Positions 14,373 to 26,446 of a DNA stretch of 64,000 nt are shown piece by piece (positions within the stretch are counted from its first letter, which is position 1; every line of letters begins with the position of its first letter). The notes below the pieces were generated by a model. That model saw only the letters and a list, made by a program, of their open reading frames with translations, searched no databases and was not told the origin of the DNA. This DNA comes from Azolla caroliniana (Eukaryota > Plantae > Polypodiophyta): assembly GCA_043228905.1 (NCBI GenBank), contig JBHGNT010000006.1:1736001-1800000 (forward strand), written 5' to 3'. Both the position numbers and the translations under genes were made by a program.

Positions 14373-14597
14373 GATGGATGTGGATGTAGCTCCCTTGGTA
14401 AGGTTGCCAATGGAAACCAGGTGGTCATGGGTTCAACCCCTACATTCCACAGTGGCATCTAGTGAAATAGAGATATATATGAAGTGTATAATAGAGAGGT
14501 GAGGAAATTGGGTTTCGAACCCAAGACATAGTGCTTGTAGTGTTATCGACTTACCACTAGGGTAAGCTAATTACGATAATAATAATAATAATAAAAA
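14373..14597 (+). mobile_element. tRNA-derived dimeric SINE with (AAT)n/A tail and 14-bp TSD
   Basis: A-box-like TAGCTCCCTTGG at 14387-14398 and B-box GGTTCAACCCC at 14430-14440. A second, antisense tRNA-like module lies at 14511-14569. Tail is (AAT)n AAAAA. TSD GAGAGAGAGGTACA at 14359-14372 and 14598-14611. Confidence 0.75.
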
Positions 14598-15012
14598 GAG
14601 AGAGAGGTACAAGGTCAATCGTGTAAGGATGTTGTAACTTCTGTGACCTCTAATCTAATTTGGCCCAAAAGCTCATGGTGTGTGTCTATCATAGTGAAAT
14701 CACGGGAGAGACACTGATAACAAAACCCGAAGACTCTCTCATTGGGCATGATTCATGAAGAAAGAGAGAGCGCGTGATATGGGCATGAGAAACATGTGCA
14801 AAAGAGTCCGTCCCATTGCGTTCATAGTGATAATGATACATTCATTTTCAATCATAACAGGTAGCTTAGCTAAAATAAGATATTTGATTTACATGGGATT
14901 TTTAAAAAGTTAAATGCTTTTTGGTGGTGACCTTTCTCCTTCATTCTCTTTCCTCTGTTCCCCCTCTCCTCTCTTTTTCTCTGATCTGAATCATATCTTG
15001 CTGTCTCGCGTT

Positions 15013-15081
15013 ATGGGCATACGCCCAAATGATTGTCCACCACATGGCATCAGAGGTCGTGCCTTCTCTTCTTTCATCTAG
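15013..15081 (+). promoter_or_regulatory. Putative uORF (22 aa) in the CBL leader exon
   Basis: ATG 15013 [25 protein letters not shown]. It overlaps, out of frame, the in-frame ATG at 15044 and follows a CT-rich leader. Confidence 0.4.
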
Positions 15082-18000
15082 ATCAACCTTAGATGGTCGT
15101 CGAACCTCTTCCCCCTCCATATTCCCACTATGGTATGTAAAATCTTCTTCTTTTTAGTCTGGTTTTCTTTGTCTCTAATCATTACCTTCAATGTGGCTCT
15201 TTTTTGTTTTCCTTTTCAATTTTGATTTCTTGTATCTGATCATCTTTTTCTTTTCTTTTTTCTTTTCTTCCTCTTCTCTGTTGTGTCCGTGAATACTTAT
15301 AAGAGATTTTTATGACCTGTTAATAAGGCATTTTTCATGCGGAATTAAGCATTTTAGGCTCGTTTTCGTTACACGTGCAATTTTCCTTAACAAAATAAAT
15401 TACCCTAGAGAAATTTGAAAATTGGGACACATTGTTTGACACTTGAAACTGTGCTTAACAAGAAATTTCTGGGTAAAGTTTGAGATTTGGCCACATTGTA
15501 AAATAAATCATCCTAGAGAATTTTGAAATTTCTGACACATTGTTTGACACTTGTAACTGTGCTTAACAAGACATTTCTGGGTAAAGTTTGAGATATGGCC
15601 ACATTGTTTCCTCTTGAAATTGTAGTTTCTTTTCTGGCTGTTTTTTTTCTTCTCTATGAGAGATTTGTAGAGAATTGAGATGCAGGCACATTATTTTGCT
15701 TGTAGTTTTAGGTAAGTTTTCCCTTACTTTTTGGTGTGTATAATTTATTAAGAATAGATTCTCAAGAGAGTCAAGATGGCGGTTGTATTTTTTCCACTTA
15801 TAATTTAATTTTCTTTTGGCATGTATGATCAACTAACCATAGGATTTCTGAGAGGATTAAGATGGTAGAAATTTGTAATTTCCTTTTGTATAGATTTCCA
15901 AGAGAATTACAATGGGCACAGCATTTCCACTTGTAATTTCTTTTCTTTCGGCATTTATGATTTATTAACAATAGATTTCCTGGAGAATTAAGATAGTGGT
16001 CACATTGTTTCCTTTTGTAATTTCCGTATCTTTTAGCATCTGTGATTGATTAACCATAGATTTCCTAGAGCATTAAGATAGTGCCGATTTGTAATTTTCT
16101 TTCATCCATGATTGATTAACAGTATATTTCCAAGAGAATTATGATGTAAGCACATTGTTTCCACTTGTAATCTCATTTCTTTCAGCATCCATAATTGATT
16201 AACAATAGTTTTCCTAAGAATTAAGATGCAAGCACATTGTTTCTATTGGTATTTCCTTTCTTTCAGCATCAATGATTGATTTGTAATTGAGATGGTAGGG
16301 TACATTGTTTCTCCTCATAATTTCCTTTATTTTAGTTTGTATGGTTTATTAGTAGTAGATTTCCAAGAATTTTAAGGAGTGGGCACATTTTTTCTACTTG
16401 TAATTTCCTTTAGAATCTATAATTGGTTAACAAGGAGACCGAATTTGACATATGGAACCAAATCAACATATGGTCTTGTATGTGACTCCTTACTAAGAAG
16501 GGGGGTTATTTCTTCATAGTAAAAACTCTCCATGTGAAAATAACACGCATATGTGCTCACAATTCGTAGTGGAGAATAGGAGATTTCAGTATGACACTTA
16601 ATTTATCATGCCCGTGTACATGTCATCATACTTTTCACGAATTACCTTATATGCCGAACATGCAAGAAGTAACTGATATCTTCATACTCTAGTAATGATG
16701 ACATGATGCTACCCCAACACCTAACTTGTGTGATTGAGTTCAAAGAAGTGTTAAGGCACTTGGAGAGCAAAAGATTGTGGGGTTAGTAAGATGCAGTTGA
16801 AAAGGTTTTGGCATCTTTGCCTTGTATTGGACCCAACTTTGAGGGTTAACATTTGCAAAGTAATATTCCAATTTTGACATCCTTTTAGCATCGTGCAACT
16901 TCATCCTTAGTGCCTCTAGTAATCTATCCTTAATGATCACATACTTCATAGCATCACCAAGAGCTCCAAAAGATCTTTTGCTCCCCATCTTATAAACCAT
17001 TTCACAATGGCAAGCACCTAGCTAGACGAGAGGATTTTGTTCTTGGTTTTTTGTACATTGCATCCTATGTTCTGAGCCTGTTTTGCCAATTTATGAATGG
17101 GTATATTCTTGACCTTTGTGGTATACTTGTATACTGTACACATGGCAAGCACCTCTATCGGTGGAGCATTTGTTCCTAATAGGATGACAAGATAGGATGT
17201 TGAGGATTTAACTCCCAATTGTCTATGTAAGAACAAAATTTGAATTTTCTCTATTTCATTCCATGCGCTAAGTGAGATAGTGTCACCCTGCACTTCCACG
17301 CCATGAAGCAACACTTGGACCACCATATCATTAAATAGCATCGATCTTACTTCCCATCCTCAGGTATTAATTTTGTTGCATTGATTCTCACACACATAAT
17401 AACTATTCCAACCCACTTGAAGTCCAGACTCATAGCATACATTCCACCTATTTGTCATTGGGACATTAATACCAATTTGAAGCTTTGCACCACTGGTATT
17501 GGTTCTCCCTTGTATGTACTAGTGGGCTAGTATCTTCATTGTGTTGCCTTTATTACTGTCTACATTAATAGCTTGCCCGCTGATCCGACAGAATGTCTCC
17601 AATAATACATCAAGTAAATGTTGCTTAGCATCTGAAGTATATGAAATTAACACGTCATCAGCATATAGAAGTATAAAATAAGTTCTTGCATGATTTTTGG
17701 CCCATCTAATCCTTCTTCTGTTGCAGCCTTGTTTACTATTAATGTTGCATATCATCTCAAGTATATGAAATTAACACATCATCAGCATATAGTAGTATAA
17801 AATAAGTTCTTGCATGAGTTTTGGGCCATCTAATCCTTCTTCTTTTGCAGCCTTGTTTACTATTTCTTCTATTTTATTGATGAGTAGACCAAAGAACGGG
17901 GAGAAAGTGGACGCCCTTGCTTGACTCCTATTTCGCTCAAGAAATCCATCGAGAAACGACCATCCATTTTCAATTGGCATCTAACTTGCTCATATAATTG

Positions 18001-21000
18001 TGCTATAGCTATCTATATTCTAATGGCATTCCAATCTCTATGATTCTTTTCCAAAGCTCTCTCCTTGGTACAATGTCGAAGACTTTAGTGAAGTCCTCAA
18101 AACAACAGCATAACGTTTTCCCTTGAAGCTGACTTTCTTCCATAATTACTCTTAGTGTAACCAAATGATTCACATTTGAAAGTTTTGGTTAAAGCTTGCT
18201 GCTCATTTGTGATTATGTTCATACCATGAGCTAATCTTTTGTTCCATGATAGTGCCATATAACTTGCCCATAACAAAGTTAACCATGATAGTTCGATAGT
18301 TGGAAACCAAATTTTTATCTCCTTTATGGATTGGTTTTATCTAATTCATGAACCAATCTTCCGGAAACTTTGCTTGATAGCTTGACCCAAATAGTTGCTA
18401 TTTGTTGGTGAGTTTGTGATCTTGTCCATTTCAAGACTGACTTGTCATTAAATTTGCATCTGCTGATTTTCCATTGGACATCTTCTTTGCCCCTCTATTG
18501 ACTTCTTCAATAGAAACCAATGCATTATATGGTGTTTCCACACTCATTTTTACAGGTATTATCCTGGCATGCACGAAAAGGTTATGTACATATTCTTGAA
18601 GAGTGATAGGGCTAAAGAAAGTTATGATTGTTCTTTGTTGATGAGCTTGTGTGGTTGTATTATTGTCCTTGACAACTTCTCCTTTTGTCTTGAGTTCTAG
18701 CTAGAAGAGCCCCAAAAGCTGTTAGTCCTCACATTTGATTAGCTGCATAATCTTCCTAAGGTACCATTTACTTCCATTAACTAAGGCTGTGACATTGTTA
18801 GCTTAGATGGATTGAAACTTCTGCCGTCAAAAAATCTCCAATATTGGCTGTTCCAAGATGGAGAGGTCTCTAAAGCAAGGAAAGCACCTTCGTTACTAGG
18901 ATAACGAGGAAATCTCCAATATTGGCTAATCCAAGATGTAGGGGTCTTTAAGCAAGGAAAGTGCCATTGTTGCCATGATCCACATGGATATGGCCTACGT
19001 ACATGATAATTTGATATTGCCCAATCTATTGTGATCCCTCCCAAATTTTGTGGTAAGGAGTCTACTTGTGTAATTTTTTCATTGACTTCTGGCATGGGAG
19101 AGAAGGGAGGCAGTGCCAAAGAAGGCTATGATGATTCTTTGCTGATGAGGTTTCTTGGCTAGATTGTTGTTCTCCAACTACTTCTCTCTATGTCTTGTTG
19201 TATATGTATGCCATGTGATTGGAACCGTTCTTGCATTTTAGCATGTGTGATCAACCCTGCTTTTGGAACTATGTGTGCATGATATGATTACTAATATATC
19301 ATGGATTCTGGCAGGTCCAGGTGCTGGGAAAACATATGGTCATGTTGTTACTTGACGATCCTCAGACATGCCATACAGCTTTTTATGGGTTGCTTTGGTT
19401 CAAGACAATTGCCCCGGCCTCCTGGATATGAAGATCCTGTGCTCTTGTCTACCGAAACATCTTGTAAGTCTGTTTTTAGTTCCATAAAAGTCTCAAATTT
19501 ATATTCTAGATGTCCCTGTTTACAACAGCATCTGAACTCATCTGAATTAATTGCATGTGGGATGTCATTCTTTTGTTGTTTGTCCCTGTTTTTGTATGTT
19601 AAATCTAAGAAAAGCGCATTTGGATCTTGTGATTGCAATACGAAGCTTGATACATTGATGAAAAATTGGAATGCCCTAACTGAACTTGAACCTAAATGGG
19701 ATTTAGTGCAATAGCATTAGAATGCAAACTGATCTCAAACTGAAGTATAAGCTTCTAATGGAGCTGGATTTCAGGGACTAGGAACTCGGATGCAGCGAGA
19801 ATCTAATTATACAATCACATAGGTGGAGCATCAGATCATATCTGCTACCATGCAATGGCATCCATTCACCTATAAAGCCTAGCTAGTTTCATAGGAGTTT
19901 GGGAATGTTTTATTTGGTGATAAATATATATATATATATATATATATAAGAAGAGTTTTTGTTTACAGATTCTTACTCTGTATTCTTCCAAACCTATCGC
20001 CAGTTGCAAAACTGGTTATTTGCATTGGAAATTCTTTTTTAGAGTTTGTTTGATGGATTATATTATTGATGGTTTATGACTCTGAAATTTTTTTCAATTT
20101 ATTTAAAAAGGTACTAACATCACATCATTTTTTCGTCTTTTCTTCTGTGTATTAGTTAGTGTCAGTGAGATCGAAGCACTCTATGAACTGTTTAAAAAAC
20201 TCAGTAGTTCTATGTTCGATGATGGACTAATTCACAAGGTGCCTCGTATAGCTTTGTTTAAAAAAGAGTTTTTTAGTTGCCATTTTTGTCTGTTAAAACT
20301 TTGATTATTTGTTTTTTAAAGGAGGAGTTTCAGCTTGCTCTTTTCCGGAATAGCAGGATGCAAAATCTTTTCGCCGACAGGGTAAAAATATTTGTAAATA
20401 CTCTTCGAGTTGAAACTTTTGATGGTCCATGTAATCAAACTAATCTAGATTAGCCTGGGAAAAAGTATATATATATAACTATTAATGAAGACTTAGTTTA
20501 AGTTGCTGGGTGAAAATACAATGGACCTCCAAAATCTCTTCATCAATATTATGAAGTTCAAAACATTGATTGATCAGCTTTAACCTTGTCCTTCTGTCCA
20601 AAATGGATTTCATGGTATTACAGCTTGGGGGGGAGGGGGATTTGTGGATATTTCATGAAGTCTGGAGATCATGAAGAGAGAAATTCTGAGAGTTCTCATA
20701 AGGATAATTGTGGTTGTGGCTGGTGTTGGTGTTGGTGTTTCCAGGAGACATTTCCAATAGTTTCCATAAGCAATTTCAGAAGAGATTGCTATTTCTAGAG
20801 ACCAAGTATAACTTTTTTTAGGAGCTTTTCTGAAGGGATTGGATATATTTCTGATCCAAATCTGGAGAAATATGGTGGTGGTTGTCTTTGGGGAATTTAG
20901 AGACATATATTTGTTGCTTGTTATTATTCACTTACAAAATATATAGTAGTTTGAATGTGTTTTGGTTTTATGCACCACAAAACGCGACTCTAGAAATCTT

Positions 21001-23234
21001 ATTATATGTTGAAATCTTGAAGCAAAATATTTCTCACCCCCATATAAATACGTCTACATTGTAATAGTGGCTAGGAGTGCATCCTGTATATTGTTTCAAT
21101 GGGCCAGATCACAGCACTTGGTCGATCTTGTACCTTAGATTATAACATGTCTATATGTTCCATACTCTTGAAAACAAGTGCTGGGAAAGTCCGCTGACAT
21201 ACTATTTTGAGTTTAAATGGGGCAGAAATAGCAGGTGGGTGCTTCTAAAACAAACCAAGGTAGAAAATGAAGAACCAGATTGAAGCCAAAGATTTAGCTC
21301 TAGTAGATACACCCTACCGGGTGCTTCGGAAGTGAAAGAAATGGGATAATGTCATATCATATTTCAATATTTTGCTTATTTTAGTCGATAAAGATTGTAG
21401 AAATAACCCCATAAACTGTCTGTGAATTATGTGTATTATGGTATAATAACATTTAGTTAACATATATTTCTAGCTGAAGTCATAGTTTGTGTTCAGGTGT
21501 TTGATTTATTTGATGTGAAGAGAAATGGTGTTATTGATTCTGGGGAGTTTGTACGTTCATTGAGCGTATTTCATCCCAATGCTCAGATTGAAGTCAAAAT
21601 CGATTGTGAGTCAATTTGTTTCTAGTGCTTCTAGTGATCTGCATTTTAAAGTAGTTCAAGGATGCATTTTGAAGGGAATACTGACTCTATTCAGGAAATT
21701 ATTGAAACTTATCAGAGTTTATGTATTGCTTTTCTACTTACCTATTCTCTGGACATGTCATTTCAAAGCATTCTGAAATTTCTTTTCATATCCTGCACAT
21801 CATGAAAAAAAATTACATTCAAAGTATTGGCATGTTTTTCCCCTTTTTGTCAGTTGCCTTCAGGCTCTTTGATTTAAGGCAAACTGGCTTCATTGAACGT
21901 GAGGAGGTATGATTATTTTGAGATCATAACAATTTTTTTTATTAAGTAGTGAATGCTGGCATAATTGTTGAGAAGTTGCTACTTTTGTGAAGAGTGAGGA
22001 TTCAAGTCCCTCTTTGTACAATTTGAAATATTTTGTGATCTGGGGAAAATTCATGTTAATTTGGATCAGAATATAGCCAACATTTTTGCATAAAATTCTC
22101 TCAAAAAACTAGGCATAGGCTAGTGTAGGGCTTGCAATTGTGTTCGTAACAATAATGATCTATATAGGTTACAAAATTTGAAATTGTTCTCTTCTACATG
22201 ATTGGTTTCAAGGCAAAAACGAAACTCTAACAAGTTGTATTTGAGAGAAGTCAATACAGGATATGATGTGGCATCATATCATCAGTGCCCTTCTTCATAT
22301 TTAATATTTTCATTACAAAAAGGTAAACATGACATCATAGTAATCCATCTGACATTTGTAAAACCAATCATATGTACTTGGTTTGTTTCTCTAGTGTAAT
22401 ACACCTTTTTATGATCTCAAAGTATACAAAGAGTGAGAGTGAATGAGTGAAATAAGTACATATTTTTATTAATTTTGTGGTAGACTGAATGCCATCCATG
22501 GGACAGAGCTTATAGCCCACAGCAAGAAGTAAATTTGGATTCTCTCAAAAAAATTATGAATGTGAGAAGATAGAGATGCATGCAACAATCAGTCCATAGT
22601 ATGGCTATAGCTACTGTGAGGTCATTATTGTGATGCATTGATATACTGTAGGGGCATGAAGGGATTTGGATCCTCTTACTACTACTAGGATAATTTCGTT
22701 AAGTTAAAGAGAGTCTGATGCATGAATGCATGCAGGTTGAGAAGATGGTTGTAGCGATACTATCCGAATCTGAAGTGCAACTGACAGATGATGTAATTAA
22801 AGCCATTTTGGATCAGGTGTGAACTCCAATGCTGTCATTACATTGTAAAAACATTTTTTTCATATTCATTCATGTAGTAAATTTATTATGGTGTTTTGTC
22901 ATGGCATGACATTTGCAAAATATTTAGTTTAAAAAGATATGTTTTGTGATGTCAGACATTCGCTGAAGCCGACACAAAGAATGATGGAAAGATCGATCAT
23001 GAGGAGTGGAAGGCATTTGTATTGAAAAATCCATCGTTGATGAGAGTGATGACTCTACCATATCTCAAGTAAGATATTGCTTTTCTTGTTTTTTTTACAA
23101 AATGAGAAAATAATGATGAGAATTTTTTTTAAATCCTTAGCTAAATCTTTTATTCCCCTTTCTACAGGGATGTCACAGTTAACTTTCCGAGTTTCGTTTT
23201 CAACTCTGAAGTTGAAGAAACTGAAGTGAATTGA
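15044..23234 (+). CDS. CBL: Calcineurin B-like (CBL) EF-hand calcium sensor
   Basis: Core exons: 19385-19463 ([27 protein letters not shown]), 20156-20238, 20322-20381, 21497-21605, 21854-21906, 22736-22816, 22956-23068, 23168-23234. Motifs [33 protein letters not shown] and C-terminal FPSF. An optional upstream coding exon 15044-15132 spliced to 19315 is in frame but less certain. Confidence 0.93.
15380..16432. repeat. Degenerate tandem array, about 75 bp unit, at the start of CBL intron 1
   Basis: Repeated GATTGATTAACAATAGATTTCCTAGAGAATTAAGAT..GCACATTGTTTCCACTTGTAATTTCCTTTCTTTCAGCATC. Confidence 0.85.
16440..18800 (-). mobile_element. Decayed non-LTR retrotransposon (RT-bearing, possibly RTE-like), antisense in CBL intron 1
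   Basis: Minus-strand [52 protein letters not shown] and ILLYADDV. Frameshifted; boundaries approximate. Confidence 0.8.
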
Positions 23235-24104
23235 TATGGATGACATTGGTCTGTCCACAGTAGTATACAGTATTATTAAACCATCATTCTTTGTTATCAT
23301 GTCGTACACGTAATATATGATAAATTCATTTTAGGAGATCCCTTCTTTTTGGGGAATTACACAAAAAGCTTTGTATATTACATTTTACTGGCTTGAACTG
23401 TATCAAAGTTTTATCAATTATTGACTATGACCTTACCATTCACTTCCATGTCAATAGATCCCTTTCAAAGAGAGCTTATTGATTTCTATTGGTTAGTGTA
23501 ATGACATTGTAGCAATGCACAATTCTATGTATTTATGTTTGTTTGGGAATAAAAAATAAAAAATCTGGTTGAGAGTTTTGATGTGTGTTATGCTGGTTAG
23601 CCGAGAGATTATATGTTTGAGATTTCAAATCATATTCTTTTTCAATTGAGTTTTATGTTATGGTATCAATCAAAGAGATTAAACTTACACCAGCCATCTG
23701 GCCTGAAAAAAATTAAAAGTTAATAGATTCTACTTAAGAGGTAATATGAACAATGAATGACCTTGGTACGTTCTCAGGTATCATAGAATATATGACCATT
23801 GTATTTATAAGAGCCAGTATCAACAATACCCTGGGAATTTTCTGAGATTTCGATTTAATATCATAATGGTCACAATGTAACATAGGACCCCTTGAACATA
23901 ACAAACGTGTCTTATTTAGCACAATCATGCTTTAAATTGGCACAATGAAGCCTTTTTGGAGGCATACTTGCCATTGTTTATTTATTAACAACACATCATT
24001 GGTGTTCTCTGATTTTTCTTTCCTTAACAATTATTAAGTTTATGAAAATAAACATTAATGCACCCCATCTATTGCATTTTTGGCATTCTAGAGTTATAAT
24101 TTGA

Positions 24105-24530
24105 ATGTCATTTCACTTATTGTATTATTTCCTCTTTTCCATTATACTTTGAACTATTTTCTTGTAGTTCTATTCATATGCGCCATGGAAGCTTTCAAAT
24201 TCATCATTGCTAAGAAAAGATTGCCAAAGTTTTAGAACTTTTCCTTACGTGAATGCACATTCATTTTTGTTCACCTTTGTTGTATTTTCATCCCAAAGTC
24301 TTTTACAACAATCTTTTATGTATTGTTTCATTTTTTCCATTACATTTTGTGGTATTTTCTAGTCATTCTATCCATATGCACCATGGGAGCAGGAGCTTTC
24401 AAATTCATCATGCACAATAAATAAATTGTCCAGAGTTGTAGGTCTTTATCCTTGCATGAATGCACATCCATTTTGTTCACCTTTGTTGTATTTTAGTCCC
24501 AATCCTAAAGGCTTGTACAACAATCTTTGA
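24105..24530. repeat. Tandem duplication, about 200 bp x2
   Basis: TTCCATTA..CCATGG..AGCTTTCAAATTCATCAT..TGAATGCACAT..TTTTGTTCACCTTTGTTGTATTTT..TACAACAATCTTT is present twice. Confidence 0.75.
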
Positions 24531-25458
24531 ACAGTTGAGATTGCACCAAACCTGTTCTGACGGGTTGGTAAACACACCAAGAGTAGAGTTTATTAGGCTT
24601 GAGCACCTGTGCCATTAAACCATACACCACCTGCTCCTGGCCATGTGTTTTAAAACGTTTTTTATTGGTGGTAGCATTTCGGGTGAGATTTCTATAAATG
24701 TGTCCTTAAGCCTATCTCATGAAGATTTTTGGCCATGTATTTTAAAATGTTCTTGATTCGTGTCAACATTCAGGGAGACATTCCTATAAATGTGTCCTAA
24801 GCTTATCCCATGGACATCCACCTTGACCTCTTGCTTATCCCATGAATATTTCACACGATGTCTTTTCATAGGGTTTCGGGTGTGTATGGTGTTTGCTAAT
24901 TTCAGAAAACCTCTGCCACAAATAACATATAAATCATCATCACTGAGGATATGGGGAAAAAACCAGTAATTCAAATTGTTCGCTTAAAACATAAGTTTGA
25001 TGTTTGAATAAACCCTTCTCATTAGATGAACCATTAAAAGCTAAAACATTACACTAGTAGAATGAAAAACATTACACTTTTCTCAGGTTTACCTTGAGAT
25101 AAACCACAACCTTAAGTGTATATACAAGAGAGTTTATTACAACTTCACTAGGTGTTACAAATATAAACACCATAACAGTAGACACGTGCTCGTAGTATCC
25201 TTAAGATGGGATTCATAAAGTAGGTAGATTGATAGTAGACACTTTCATATGTTGCTTGGAAAGCATTGAAATCATATCTCATACATACCTTCCCCGAAGA
25301 AGGGCAAGATTGCGCTTGCTCTAGTGTCTGGCATGTAATAGCTATAGGGACAAAAAGTGAAACAATTAGAGGGAAATCAAACATGTGTTACTTAACATTA
25401 ATCCTAAGAAATAAATCAACAACAATTGCAAATATTGAAATGGTATCAATTCTGACTC

Positions 25459-26446
25459 TTACTTTGACCTTGATGGAGGGTAAAAGTGAGGACCCTCGTC
25501 AAGGCCCTCACATACAACCTCACCACAATCAGTTCGGTAGCAAACAATCCCCGTTGATTCATCTATAAAGACGTTAGGAACATCGCTACAATTGTCATCA
25601 TTAAGGACCTGAACAAACACATCAATATATCAGATGGTATACAACGGCTCATGGTTGTCTATTAAACGGTATTTCTCAGGCTTGCATCAAATAAAAAATT
25701 ATTCAGATTGACCAGGATAATAGCATATGGAATATCATCACAATCAATGAACCAGTTTGCTATTCTTGCCCTCAGCATAGTTACTCTGGTGAAATTTTTG
25801 TTGCATGAGCCTTACTTTGTATATCATATATGGTCAAATGAACCTCAATAATTCACAATGTTACAGGGTCACCATTGCATTATCTTAGTACGTAGAAACC
25901 CTAAATGTTATAGAATGAAAACACATGGTATCAAAGAGTATAAACGACCCAAAATCAGTCAAGGGGCCTTTATCATGTAAAACAACCCTAAATTGTAGTT
26001 GGTATCAAAAGGATGGAGCATATATCTGTGCAATAAACCTGTCATCAAGAACTATATTATAGAAGACCCTGATTCTACAAAGTTGCTAACAGTTCTTTAC
26101 CATGAGAAAAAATTCAACACCAAACTACCAAATAAAAAAACAGTAGCGAACAGCCAACAAATTTTTTAAAGTTCATTATATCATTCAAAACCACTCTAAA
26201 AACCATGCAACTGGAGATCTAGGGAAGAGAGTATCTAACCTTGGATGGGACTCCCTCAATCTTTGTTTGAGAATAGTTTGTGGCCGGGATGGAGGAGGCA
26301 CTAGGTATAACACGCAAAGTGTGTTTCCCTCGAGTTTCTGATGTGAAATGACAGAACTTTGTGGCTGAGTTCCTTGATGGTTTAGATAAAGATGAACGAC
26401 TGGTAATAATAGGGCATGGTGTGATGATACTTTGGATTGCCGCCAT
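25459..26446 (-). CDS. Small (118 aa) uncharacterised plant protein, probable plastid transit peptide and C-terminal GIVCYR..GEVVCEGLDEGP motif
   Basis: Exons 26446-26240 (MAAIQSIITPCPIITSRSSLSKPS.., Ser/Thr-rich) and 25608-25459 (VLNDDNCSDVPNVFIDESTGIVCYRTDCGEVVCEGLDEGPHFYPPSRSK*), joined by a phase-0 GT-AG intron. A 5'-UTR intron runs about 27281-26487. Confidence 0.8.

Noticed and set aside
14382-14448. Functional tRNA gene
   Set aside because: No complete cloverleaf. It is embedded in a TSD-flanked element with a tail, so it was treated as a SINE head.
13818-14502. ORFs with ERERER tracts (also 35926-36477 and 61280-61468)
   Set aside because: These are translations of (GA)n microsatellites, not proteins.
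24535-24650. Minus-strand exon-like stretch HGQEQVVYGLMAQVLKPNKLYSW
   Set aside because: It looks coding but has no convincing splice sites or partner exons and I cannot name a homologue. A BLASTX search would settle it.
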